Shown here: one piece after another, positions 55,804 to 63,491 of the stretch
How the letters are laid out: every line of letters begins with the position of its first letter
Position numbering within the stretch: the first letter of the stretch is position 1
IMG/VR virus record: IMGVR_UViG_3300037454_000146
Span: 35,374-99,373 of that record
Reading direction: 5' to 3' (one strand)
Length of the DNA: 64,000 nucleotides
Origin: a virus
Translations under genes and position numbers: made by a program
Notes under the pieces: generated by a model
Database searches by the model: none
Told to the model about the DNA's origin: nothing
What the model saw: the letters and a program-made list of their open reading frames with translations, nothing else

Positions 55804-56148
55804 ATGTTATCATTCAAACACATTTACAATGCGGAAAAAGCAAAGGCAGTATGCGATATGTATACTGATATTGAAAAGACTTTTGATAAAGATGGTGGGA
55901 AAATCTGGACAATGACAGCACATTTCTGGAATAACACACATAAAGTCAAGGTTATACAGGCAGCAAGCGGAGATTATCAGTACAAAATTGATGAGGGAAA
56001 TTTTGTGTGCAGTTTTGACGGAGATCAAATAACCATTAAAGAGGGCGTATATAACGGCAGAAAATGCAAGGCAGACAGCAATTTAAAGAAGTTTGAAAAC
56101 ATTTCAATGATGTTATATGCACTTGTGAAGTGCGGAAAATTAAACTGA
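55804..56148 (+). CDS. hypothetical early protein
   Basis: ATG 55804 after TAAGGAGGTC. The track gives 55741. Confidence 0.5.
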   Translation: MLSFKHIYNAEKAKAVCDMYTDIEKTFDKDGGKIWTMTAHFWNNTHKVKVIQAASGDYQYKIDEGNFVCSFDGDQITIKEGVYNGRKCKADSNLKKFENISMMLYALVKCGKLN

Positions 56149-56154
56149 GGAGGC

Positions 56155-56439
56155 ATGAATATGAATATCACGCTGAATGATTTGAGAGATATGTTTTGCA
56201 AGGCTACAAAGATAGTTCTTGTCAATGATGTATTCGACAAAGACGGAAATTACATAGACACTGAGAGAATCGAGATTAATAATCTGCTATGGGGTACACC
56301 TACATTCGGCGGAATACCCGTAGAGCTTTATCGTGTACAGGCGATAGGGAAAAATGCAGTTGAAGTAACCACAAATATGCCTAATAGAGTATTTGCAGCA
56401 TGGAAGGCATATGCAGAGGAAAATTCAGAGTACAATTAA
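56155..56439 (+). CDS. hypothetical early protein
   Basis: GAGGAGG RBS. 94 aa. Confidence 0.5.
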   Translation: MNMNITLNDLRDMFCKATKIVLVNDVFDKDGNYIDTERIEINNLLWGTPTFGGIPVELYRVQAIGKNAVEVTTNMPNRVFAAWKAYAEENSEYN

Positions 56440-56509
56440 ATAACACTTTTAAGGCGGACACTGGCGAAAAGAAATATGATGCAGTCACAAATTTTAAGGA
56501 GGTGTGATT

Positions 56510-56797
56510 ATGGCTACACTATTACAGGCAATACAGCTTGCAGAGCGATTGGAAAAGTCGCATATCAAGGTTCTGAAGTGGTTTATCCAGAACGGAAATT
56601 TTGAAGGCTCATACAGAGAGCTTGCCGAGAACATTTACGGAAATGCTAAGTATGCAAGCAACGTTCACAAGTACATAACCGTACTCGCAGATATGGGACT
56701 TCTGGTAGTCGCGGTCAATACAGAGTGCAATTGCTTTGATACAAAGCGCACATACATCTATCTGAATAAGGAGAGTGATTTAATTGACGGTAATTGA
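56510..56797 (+). CDS. hypothetical early protein (possible winged-helix)
   Basis: ATG 56510 after TAAGGAGGTG. Confidence 0.5.
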   Translation: MATLLQAIQLAERLEKSHIKVLKWFIQNGNFEGSYRELAENIYGNAKYASNVHKYITVLADMGLLVVAVNTECNCFDTKRTYIYLNKESDLIDGN

Positions 56798-56948
56798 GAT
56801 GTTGGAAAATCGGATAGCACAACATAGCGCAGCTCTATGCAGAGATTTGTCAGCCGAAGATCGCGCAAATATCACAGGCAGAATTGCAGAGGATAGGAAT
56901 TTGATATTCATTCTCACAGCCAATAAACAGATAAGTCGTGTAGAATAA
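56784..56948 (+). CDS. possible 54-aa protein
   Basis: TTG 56784, 8 nt after AAGGAGAG. Read by hand. Confidence 0.3.
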   Translation: MTVIEMLENRIAQHSAALCRDLSAEDRANITGRIAEDRNLIFILTANKQISRVE

Positions 56949-56969
56949 AAAGAAAAAGGGGAGACAATT

Positions 56970-57188
56970 ATGAGAATCGTAATCAATGGAAAATCGTATA
57001 AACTAAGAGACAATATTGCGATACGCCTACGGGGAATTGCTTTGGCTATTGTAGCGGTATTCTGCTTTATCGCAGACGTAGACACGGCAGGAATATTCTT
57101 TGCTGGACTCGCAGCGTTAATGCTATTCCCGTATGGTTGCTTGTATCGCATTGCAGAGAAAATTGTCGAGAGCGAAAGGAGAATGTGA
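56970..57188 (+). CDS. small membrane protein (two TM helices)
   Basis: GIALAIVAVFCFIADV and AGIFFAGLAALMLFPYG. Confidence 0.5.
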   Translation: MRIVINGKSYKLRDNIAIRLRGIALAIVAVFCFIADVDTAGIFFAGLAALMLFPYGCLYRIAEKIVESERRM

Positions 57189-57189
57189 T

Positions 57190-57306
57190 ATGTATGAAGC
57201 AGTAAAACACGAATTAGAACTAAGAGATACTAACCAGAGAGGTTTACTTGGAAATTTGAGTTACCTTGAAGTGTTATGTCTCGCATATAAATTACACATA
57301 TTTTAA
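57190..57306 (+). CDS. possible 38-aa peptide
   Basis: ATG 57190 after AAGGAGA. Read by hand. Confidence 0.3.
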   Translation: MYEAVKHELELRDTNQRGLLGNLSYLEVLCLAYKLHIF

Positions 57307-57320
57307 GGAGGAAAAATCAA

Positions 57321-58040
57321 ATGAATGCAAACGTAAACACACAGATTGACAACATGGTAGACAACAAAGAGGAAGCAATAAAACAATATTGTAATGACAT
57401 AATTAACTTCATACATCAAGACGTTAGCGGACTAAAGATAGCATGGAATATGTACTTAATAGAAGGATGCAAAGATAGAAATGTCGTGTACTTTATTGAA
57501 AATGCGGAAAATCATAATGTGAAGATAGGAAAAACAACTGATTTGATAACAAGATTAAAGAGACTACAGGATTGTGCGTCGCAAATTGGCATGCCTTTAC
57601 CCCACCTAAAATGCAGGTGTGTTATTTGTTGCTCTACTAAAAAAGAATGCCATGCGTTGGAAAAAGAACTGCATAATCGGTATAAAAGCAAGCGTTGTGT
57701 TGGGGAATGGTTTAATATTTCAATTGAAGAAATAAAAAAATATTTAGACAAATGTTATGCAGAGCCTATAATTATAAATAACATACTTGTATATTGTGGA
57801 CTTCCAGATGTTGAAGATATGGAAATGCCATTGATTATCGGAGATGACTACAATCGTTTTGTGGATTTATTGAATTACCTTAAAACTCATTCATTTGAAG
57901 AACATAATTTTTGGATAAAGAAATACTGTGGTATAACGTTTACAGAAGCAACTAATATTTATTGTCAATATAAGAATCGGAGATTGGATGATTTTATTAA
58001 AGATTTTTACGCGCCCTATCTTCCTAAAAATGACGAATAA
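57321..58040 (+). CDS. T5orf172 (GIY-YIG-superfamily) domain protein
   Basis: VVYFIENAENHNVKIGKTTDLITRLKRLQ...EKELHNRYKSKRCVGEWFNI matches the T5orf172/MUG113 pattern. Confidence 0.6.
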   Translation: MNANVNTQIDNMVDNKEEAIKQYCNDIINFIHQDVSGLKIAWNMYLIEGCKDRNVVYFIENAENHNVKIGKTTDLITRLKRLQDCASQIGMPLPHLKCRCVICCSTKKECHALEKELHNRYKSKRCVGEWFNISIEEIKKYLDKCYAEPIIINNILVYCGLPDVEDMEMPLIIGDDYNRFVDLLNYLKTHSFEEHNFWIKKYCGITFTEATNIYCQYKNRRLDDFIKDFYAPYLPKNDE

Positions 58041-58069
58041 AAGAAAAGCCCCTCACTAATCTGAGGGGC
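58041..58069. terminator. terminator hairpin between convergent genes
   Basis: GCCCCTCA/TGAGGGGC stem (58048-58055 with 58062-58069). The T-rich tract is on the minus-strand side. Confidence 0.55.
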
Positions 58070-58094
58070 AATATCACAGTCAGCAGAAGAACGT

Positions 58095-58436
58095 TTATTC
58101 TTCTTCTCCTTCTTTGATTGTGAGGTTGTTCACGCTAATATTATTCTCGCGGGCATAAATAGCGTCAGCTTTGATTTTTTTAATCTCATCATCGGACATT
58201 TCAAAGGCTTCAGCAATCTCATGAATTTCATCATCGCTCCATTGACCACTCGCCATCTCATCGAAAATGTATTTGCGGATTGCATTGGAAATTAGTTTGG
58301 CTTTGCTGATATTGAAATGAGCGCAATAAACACACGCGCCATTATAGGTGATTTGCTCGATATTAGCTTGAATCTTGGAGTAATGCTCTTTATTATACTT
58401 GTTGCTGGCTTTGATGTGAGCTTTTGTAACTGCCAT
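58095..58436 (-). CDS. putative ribbon-helix-helix regulator
   Basis: ATG 58436, 7 nt after AAAGGTGG. N-terminus KAHIKASNKYNKEHYSKIQANIEQ. Divergent from the promoter that carries its likely operators. Confidence 0.45.
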   Translation of the reverse strand: MAVTKAHIKASNKYNKEHYSKIQANIEQITYNGACVYCAHFNISKAKLISNAIRKYIFDEMASGQWSDDEIHEIAEAFEMSDDEIKKIKADAIYARENNISVNNLTIKEGEEE

Positions 58437-58470
58437 AAAAACACCACCTTTGTGCAAAAGTAACAATCTG

Positions 58471-58530
58471 ATAACCGTAATCTATGTTATCATTGTAGTA
58501 AAAATGTATTGCAAATAACCGTAATCTATG
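58471..58530. promoter_or_regulatory. two 16-nt direct repeats ATAACCGTAATCTATG (operators)
   Basis: Copies at 58471-58486 and 58515-58530. The second occupies all but the last base of the 17-nt spacer of the promoter at 58509-58537. Confidence 0.55.
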
Positions 58531-58537
58531 ATATAAT
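58509..58537 (+). promoter_or_regulatory. promoter of the integrase operon
   Basis: TTGCAA, 17-nt spacer, TATAAT. Confidence 0.55.
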
Positions 58538-58612
58538 GTAGCCATAGAAGAACGATTTCGTTCAATAATATTATACCATTTCCAATTGGAAATGTCAAGG
58601 AGGTCATGTAAA

Positions 58613-58882
58613 ATGAAGTTGTTTAGGAAATACATTCCGTTATGGGCAGAAAAACGCATAAAGGAATTGTACCGTGAGTGCATTAACGATGTAGTCCGCT
58701 GCCGTAAGGACGTGAACATCGAGGTTATGCTCAACGGAAAAATGGTGCTCGACAAAAAGACCGTAGAAAAACTCCGCAAGTATTCCTTCGCGGTGGGTGA
58801 GGTTGCGGCTCTTGAGGTAATGATGGACAGATTGTTTATCGAATACGATGATAAAGGAAAAATCAAAGAATTATATTTTTAA
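58613..58882 (+). CDS. hypothetical protein upstream of integrase
   Basis: ATG 58613, 7 nt after AAGGAGGTC. Confidence 0.5.
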   Translation: MKLFRKYIPLWAEKRIKELYRECINDVVRCRKDVNIEVMLNGKMVLDKKTVEKLRKYSFAVGEVAALEVMMDRLFIEYDDKGKIKELYF

Positions 58883-58894
58883 GGAGTGGTTGCT

Positions 58895-59821
58895 ATGCTA
58901 GCAAACGCAAAAGAACAGTGCAACATAATAGAGATGTTTCCGCAGAACAAGCCCGACTTCTCAGCGATGATCCCTCAGAGCATACTGCCTGATACCGAGA
59001 AGGAACTCAATGAAGTTATCAGCATAGAGGATAACATGGCGGACTCCGAAGGAATGGACGCTATGAATGAGTCTATATTTAATGGCATGATTGACTATCT
59101 ATTGGAAAAAGGCAAGACAAGAGATGCACTGATGTACGTATTACAGGCGAATTTCGGAATACGCCACAGTGATCTCATTAAGCTAAAGCTCATAAACCTG
59201 ATTGACGTTGACGGAAATTTCCGCGATAAAGTTAATTGGTGCGAGCAGAAAACAAGCAAAACTCGCCAGTATGTAATTAACGATGCAGTCAAAGCGGCGA
59301 CTATTATTTATCTCAGGACTCACGCAGATAAGAAGTTGACCGACTTCCTGTTCACGGCAGAGGGGAAAAATAAGGGATATAAGAAGGCAACCTATAAAGA
59401 CGAGAACGGAAAAGTCAAGGCACTTAGAGTGAACGGAAAATTTGTCTATGAGCGCGACGAGAACGGCAATCTTATTCCAGAACCGCTACGCAGAGATCAG
59501 GCGGAGAACACCTTGAAAGATGCTCTCATTGCCATAGGCGTAAAGCTGAAGAACGACAGACGTTGCAAAGATGGTGAGTACAAACTAAATACGCACAGCA
59601 ATCGGAAATTTTACAGCGAAAAGTTTAGTGAGGTTGCTTATGAGTTAAAGGCAAGTGGAAAGCTTAATGTGGATGCCGATGTGTTAGCATTGGTACAGCT
59701 TGATTTACGTCATAGCTCAATGCAGACTACGATGCGATATAACCACAGTTTTGATAGAATAAAGGAGGTTGTTTGTCGGAATATGAACATCGGTCTTTCC
59801 GTCTTGGAGAGATACCTTTAA
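58895..59821 (+). CDS. tyrosine recombinase / integrase
   Basis: GIRHSDLIKLK (Arg), NTHSNRKF (His..Arg) and LRHSSMQTTMRYNH (His...Tyr). Confidence 0.75.
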   Translation: MLANAKEQCNIIEMFPQNKPDFSAMIPQSILPDTEKELNEVISIEDNMADSEGMDAMNESIFNGMIDYLLEKGKTRDALMYVLQANFGIRHSDLIKLKLINLIDVDGNFRDKVNWCEQKTSKTRQYVINDAVKAATIIYLRTHADKKLTDFLFTAEGKNKGYKKATYKDENGKVKALRVNGKFVYERDENGNLIPEPLRRDQAENTLKDALIAIGVKLKNDRRCKDGEYKLNTHSNRKFYSEKFSEVAYELKASGKLNVDADVLALVQLDLRHSSMQTTMRYNHSFDRIKEVVCRNMNIGLSVLERYL

Positions 59822-59948
59822 AGAGATTGAGCCAGAAATCCCGCTGGCTTTAGACGGTGGGATGAATGGCTTTGGTAAAGTATGGATAAATGGGAAAGGG
59901 GATAAATTTATATCCTCGTAAAGCAACAAATAAAATTGGGGGGATCTG

Positions 59949-61064
59949 GTGGCAAACAAAGCGTATAAATTTAGGCTATATCCGAATGAAGAACAAAAGA
60001 TATTATTTGCAAAAACCTTTGGTTGTGTCAGATTTATCTACAATCAAATGCTTTCGGATAAGATAGCACACTATAAAGAAACTGGAATGAAACTCAATAA
60101 TACTCCTGCACAATACAAGAAAGAGTTTGAGTGGCTTAAAGAAGTTGACAGTCTTGCCCTTGCAAATGCACAAATGAATTTACAGGCTGCTTATAACAAC
60201 TTCTTTAGAACACCTAAAGTCGGCTTTCCTAAATTCAAAAGTAAAAAGAGAGATAAAGATAGCTACACTACTAATAATTGTCATTCAACTAACCAAAATA
60301 ATGGCACGGTTAGTATTATTGACGGTAAACTCAGACTTCCTAAAGTTGGTCTTGTGAGAATGCTGCAACACAGAACTATTCCAGTAACCGAAAAGATTAA
60401 GTCGGCTACAATTACAAGAACGCCATCTGGCAAATATTATGCTTCTATTCTTGTGGAGTATGACAAAATTATTCCTGAGATAGAATTATCAAAGGATAAG
60501 GCGATAGGATTAGATTACGCAAGTCATAGCTTTTATGTCGATAGTCAAGGCAGAGAAGCAGACTATCCTAAGTTCTATCGTAAGGCGCAAGACAAGCTGG
60601 CACGTGAGCAACGCAAACTTGCCAACATGAAGTATGGTAGCAATAACTACCACAAACAGAAAATCAAAGTTGCGAGAGTTCACGAAAAGATTGCAAATCA
60701 GCGTTTGGATTGGATTCATAAACTCAGTACACAGTTAGCAAACGAATACGATATAGTTTGTGTGGAAGATATAAATATGCAGAACATGGCAAAGTCACTA
60801 AAATTAGGAAAGTCAACTAATGACAATGGTTTTGGAATGTTTCGAGATATTCTTTCTTACAAACTTGCTGACCGTGGCAAAGCATTTGTAAAGATTGATA
60901 AGTGGTTTCCGTCGAGCAAGATGTGCAGGCGTTGCGGTTCTATAAACCATGAGCTTACACTTTCGGACAGAGTTTGGACTTGTAGTTGCGGAGCTACAAT
61001 CAATCGTGATGAGAACGCTGCAATAAACATAATGAATGAAGGTTTGAGAATGTTATTCTCATAA
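59949..61064 (+). CDS. tnpB: TnpB (RuvC-like RNA-guided nuclease, OrfB_IS605 type)
   Basis: N-terminus KAYKFRLYPNEEQ. RuvC residues in IGLDYAS, VCVEDINMQNM and INRDENAAINI. Zinc finger CRRCG...CSCG. GTG start. Confidence 0.85.
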   Translation: MANKAYKFRLYPNEEQKILFAKTFGCVRFIYNQMLSDKIAHYKETGMKLNNTPAQYKKEFEWLKEVDSLALANAQMNLQAAYNNFFRTPKVGFPKFKSKKRDKDSYTTNNCHSTNQNNGTVSIIDGKLRLPKVGLVRMLQHRTIPVTEKIKSATITRTPSGKYYASILVEYDKIIPEIELSKDKAIGLDYASHSFYVDSQGREADYPKFYRKAQDKLAREQRKLANMKYGSNNYHKQKIKVARVHEKIANQRLDWIHKLSTQLANEYDIVCVEDINMQNMAKSLKLGKSTNDNGFGMFRDILSYKLADRGKAFVKIDKWFPSSKMCRRCGSINHELTLSDRVWTCSCGATINRDENAAINIMNEGLRMLFS

Positions 61065-61170
61065 CCGAATAGAAGAACCGTAGGAACTACGGGGATAGCT
61101 CGTTGATACTGGTAGCAATAGCTACCTTGAGCGAGAAGCCCGTTGTCTAAAGCCAACGGGTAGTTCACTC
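61065..61170 (+). ncRNA. candidate omega (reRNA) scaffold, downstream part
   Basis: Three hairpins directly after the tnpB stop: 61078-61092, 61111-61126 and 61139-61160. The 5' end probably lies inside the tnpB 3' coding region. Confidence 0.45.
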
Positions 61171-61638
61171 AATTGTCTTGCGGCGGAGGGCGGCTTCAAT
61201 CATCATTGTAATAAGCTCGTCCTTCTTCTGAAGATAGCCATCTTTTATCGCTATCTGTTCTTTGAGGAAATCAACCCTGCGGTTTGCGAGTTCTCTTTCC
61301 TCTGCAAGTTGCTTTTCGAGTTGCTGTATGCGCTCGTTCTTGTAGCGTAGGAGCGATATGGATAAGTCTTTATCGTGAGCCTTATGTGATACCGAATCCG
61401 CCCCTAAAAGAGCCGCAGCGATGGGGCGTATGGTTTGGTCAAAGTTAAAGCTGTCATCATCTTCAGAGCCATCTCGGAACACCCTTTTGACGGTAGATAG
61501 AGACACATAATCATCTGTATTGTTCTGCTCAGCGTATTCGCAAACAATATCAACTATGCGTTTATGAGAGAATCCGTGTTCTTCCCTGTACTGTTTGAGC
61601 TGGATGATGAGTTCACGTTTGCGTTCTGTTAGTTCCAT
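61165..61638 (-). CDS. putative lysogeny regulator (N-terminal HTH-like, C-terminal coiled-coil)
   Basis: ATG 61638, 8 nt after AAAGGTGG. Divergent from the LexA-box promoter. Function is inferred from position. Confidence 0.35.
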   Translation of the reverse strand: MELTERKRELIIQLKQYREEHGFSHKRIVDIVCEYAEQNNTDDYVSLSTVKRVFRDGSEDDDSFNFDQTIRPIAAALLGADSVSHKAHDKDLSISLLRYKNERIQQLEKQLAEERELANRRVDFLKEQIAIKDGYLQKKDELITMMIEAALRRKTIE

Positions 61639-61710
61639 AAAAAAATCCACCTTTACACCAAATTAGACCTTTTTAGGTCTTGAAAAAGCCTGTAATAATA
61701 TGCTATAGTA

Positions 61711-61739
61711 ATCATATCATATTTATAGGATTGTGTCAA
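61711..61739 (-). promoter_or_regulatory. leftward promoter of the regulator gene
   Basis: Minus strand reads TTGACA, 17-nt spacer, TATGAT. Confidence 0.5.
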
Positions 61740-61752
61740 GAAAGAAATATTA

Positions 61753-61804
61753 TCACACGTTAAACACACAACTACCTTATTTATCACAAAATTTCACACG
61801 TTAA
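61753..61804. promoter_or_regulatory. direct repeats TCACACGTTAA (two copies)
   Basis: Copies at 61753-61763 and 61794-61804. The second abuts the -35 of the rightward promoter. Confidence 0.45.
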
Positions 61805-61807
61805 TCA

Positions 61808-61836
61808 TTGACAAAATAGAACAGATGTTCTATAAT
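61808..61836 (+). promoter_or_regulatory. consensus promoter with a LexA (Cheo) box in its spacer
   Basis: TTGACA, spacer AAATAGAACAGATGTTC, TATAAT. GAAC-N4-GTTC at 61819-61830 lies within the palindrome TAGAACAGATGTTCTA (61817-61832). Confidence 0.6.
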
Positions 61837-61869
61837 ATGAGTAAAGCATTATAAAGGAGGAAAACAAAA

Positions 61870-62217
61870 ATGAATGTTTTTAGCTTGCTCGGTAAAATCG
61901 TAGATGATGCGAGACACGGATTCCCGCACTTCGAGTGTTGGTGCGACGATGGGAGGGAGGTGGTGTATGATTGCTGCACCGATTTTCTCGCGGAAGAAAT
62001 GCGGACTGTGCTCGATACCGAGCTTTCTAACGGCTGTTCTATCATCTTCCGCACCGATGACGATTTGCGCTTTGAGATTTCCGAGGTAAATTACATTGAT
62101 GAAAACGGAACGGAAGTAAACTGCGATGTGAGAAATCGCATATTAAAAGACGTAATGTCGGACAACTTATTGTCTGAGTATCACAGCCTGTGCGATAAAG
62201 CGGTCGAGCTTATCTAA
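61870..62217 (+). CDS. hypothetical protein under the LexA-box promoter (antirepressor candidate)
   Basis: AAAGGAGG RBS. 115 aa, acidic, Cys-containing. Confidence 0.5.
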   Translation: MNVFSLLGKIVDDARHGFPHFECWCDDGREVVYDCCTDFLAEEMRTVLDTELSNGCSIIFRTDDDLRFEISEVNYIDENGTEVNCDVRNRILKDVMSDNLLSEYHSLCDKAVELI

Positions 62218-62225
62218 ATTATGAC

Positions 62226-62254
62226 TTGACTTTTCGTGCAGGGCTTGGTATAAT
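62226..62254 (+). promoter_or_regulatory. promoter with extended -10
   Basis: TTGACT, 17-nt spacer ending in TGG, then TATAAT. Confidence 0.55.
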
Positions 62255-62275
62255 CTAACTAAAGGAGGTTTGATT

Positions 62276-63343
62276 ATGATTTACAAGTTTAATGAGTATA
62301 TCGCTGCATTTCCGAAAAAGCCTGTATCAATTCTCAAGAAGTTTGAGAATGAACCCAAGAATCTGCACGAGATGTCAATAGAAGAAATCAATACCATCAT
62401 TGCAAGTTGGGGAGGCACAACTCCTGCGACGGCTATGAATCGCAAGAGCATGATAAAGCTGTATCTTAATTGGCTGGCTGAAACTGGTGTTTCTGTAAAG
62501 GCTAACCCAGAGGAAATCGTAGTCCCTGTCAAGAACGCAGAGTTCTTCATCTATACGGACGAGATTCTGCACGAATATTGGGATAGATATTTACAAAGCT
62601 GTGAGCGAGAAGCCGCTAAGTCGGGCGAGTTCCACAGCAGAGCAAGGTATCTCACAAGTTACGTATCAAATATCCTGTCTTTCTACGGGCTTACAGCTAA
62701 ACAAATTCTTGCACTTGACCTTAGTGACGTACAGTCAGATGGCATTGCTGGCTACAACATTTCTCTGACTCAGACGGACATTGATGTGCTGTTGGAGTAC
62801 AAGGGCTTAAATGAACTTGCTAATAATAAAAAGGTAAGCGGCACAAAGTATATAAGATCGGCTGGCACTGTAACCGAAGATACTCTTGACTACGGCATTT
62901 CACACGGGGCTTGCGGTGAAGATGTTAAGGCTTTAAAGCGCATACTAACCTGCAAGAACGTGTATAAGCTTGGTAGGTATGCGGAGATTTACGCAGAAGA
63001 AAAGCGTACAGGCAAACTCGTAGACCTCTCAAATAGAGCTATTCCCGCGGACTGGTTTATTAAGCAAATAGGACTAATAGTTGGCGGAGAAGTGAAGCCA
63101 GCGAGAATAACAGCCTATAAGAAAGACTATGAAGCATACCGTTCTGAGCGAATGGAGAGTGAGGCAAAGCAGAATATGCAACCAGCGACAAAGGTTGAAA
63201 AGCCTGTGGTTGCAGAGCAGAAGCCAGACGTAAGCGGACTGCTCGAAGCTCTCAAATATGTCGATGTGGCTATTGCCGAGGTTGATAAGATCAAGGTAAA
63301 TCTGCTTGGCATAAAGGCTCAGATTGCAAAGTTTGTTAAATGA
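62276..63343 (+). CDS. protein with integrase-like N-terminal (SAM-like) domain but no obvious catalytic RHRY set
   Basis: ATG 62276, 7 nt after AAAGGAGG. MNRKSMIKLYLNWLAETG resembles a core-binding domain. No HxxR...Y motif seen at the C-terminus. Confidence 0.45.
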   Translation: MIYKFNEYIAAFPKKPVSILKKFENEPKNLHEMSIEEINTIIASWGGTTPATAMNRKSMIKLYLNWLAETGVSVKANPEEIVVPVKNAEFFIYTDEILHEYWDRYLQSCEREAAKSGEFHSRARYLTSYVSNILSFYGLTAKQILALDLSDVQSDGIAGYNISLTQTDIDVLLEYKGLNELANNKKVSGTKYIRSAGTVTEDTLDYGISHGACGEDVKALKRILTCKNVYKLGRYAEIYAEEKRTGKLVDLSNRAIPADWFIKQIGLIVGGEVKPARITAYKKDYEAYRSERMESEAKQNMQPATKVEKPVVAEQKPDVSGLLEALKYVDVAIAEVDKIKVNLLGIKAQIAKFVK

Positions 63344-63364
63344 TAAAAATATATCGGAATAGTA

Positions 63365-63393
63365 TTGACAAAATAAAAGGTTAGAGTTATAAT
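63365..63393 (+). promoter_or_regulatory. consensus promoter of the tRNA cluster
   Basis: TTGACA, 17-nt spacer, TATAAT, followed by an 11-bp leader hairpin (about 63402-63429). Confidence 0.6.
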
Positions 63394-63491
63394 ATAATTG
63401 TGGAGAGAAGATAGATGCTTCTCTCCACGTCGCACACCCTTTCACAGGAGAGAGTTATTGCTATATCTCGATAGAGTAACAAGTTAGATAC

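Larger units (their letters stand above)
59822..61170 (+). mobile_element. TnpB-only IS200/IS605-family (IS1341-like) element; ends approximate
   Basis: tnpB with no tnpA. Hairpin-rich left (59822-59948) and right (61065-61170) flanks. Confidence 0.55.

Noticed and set aside
54580-57151. Minus-strand hydrophobic or low-complexity ORFs (54580..54945, 55810..56240, 56780..57151) within the rightward early array.
   Set aside because: They are antisense to RBS-preceded early genes, their composition is an artefact of the A-rich sense strand, and they have no RBS.
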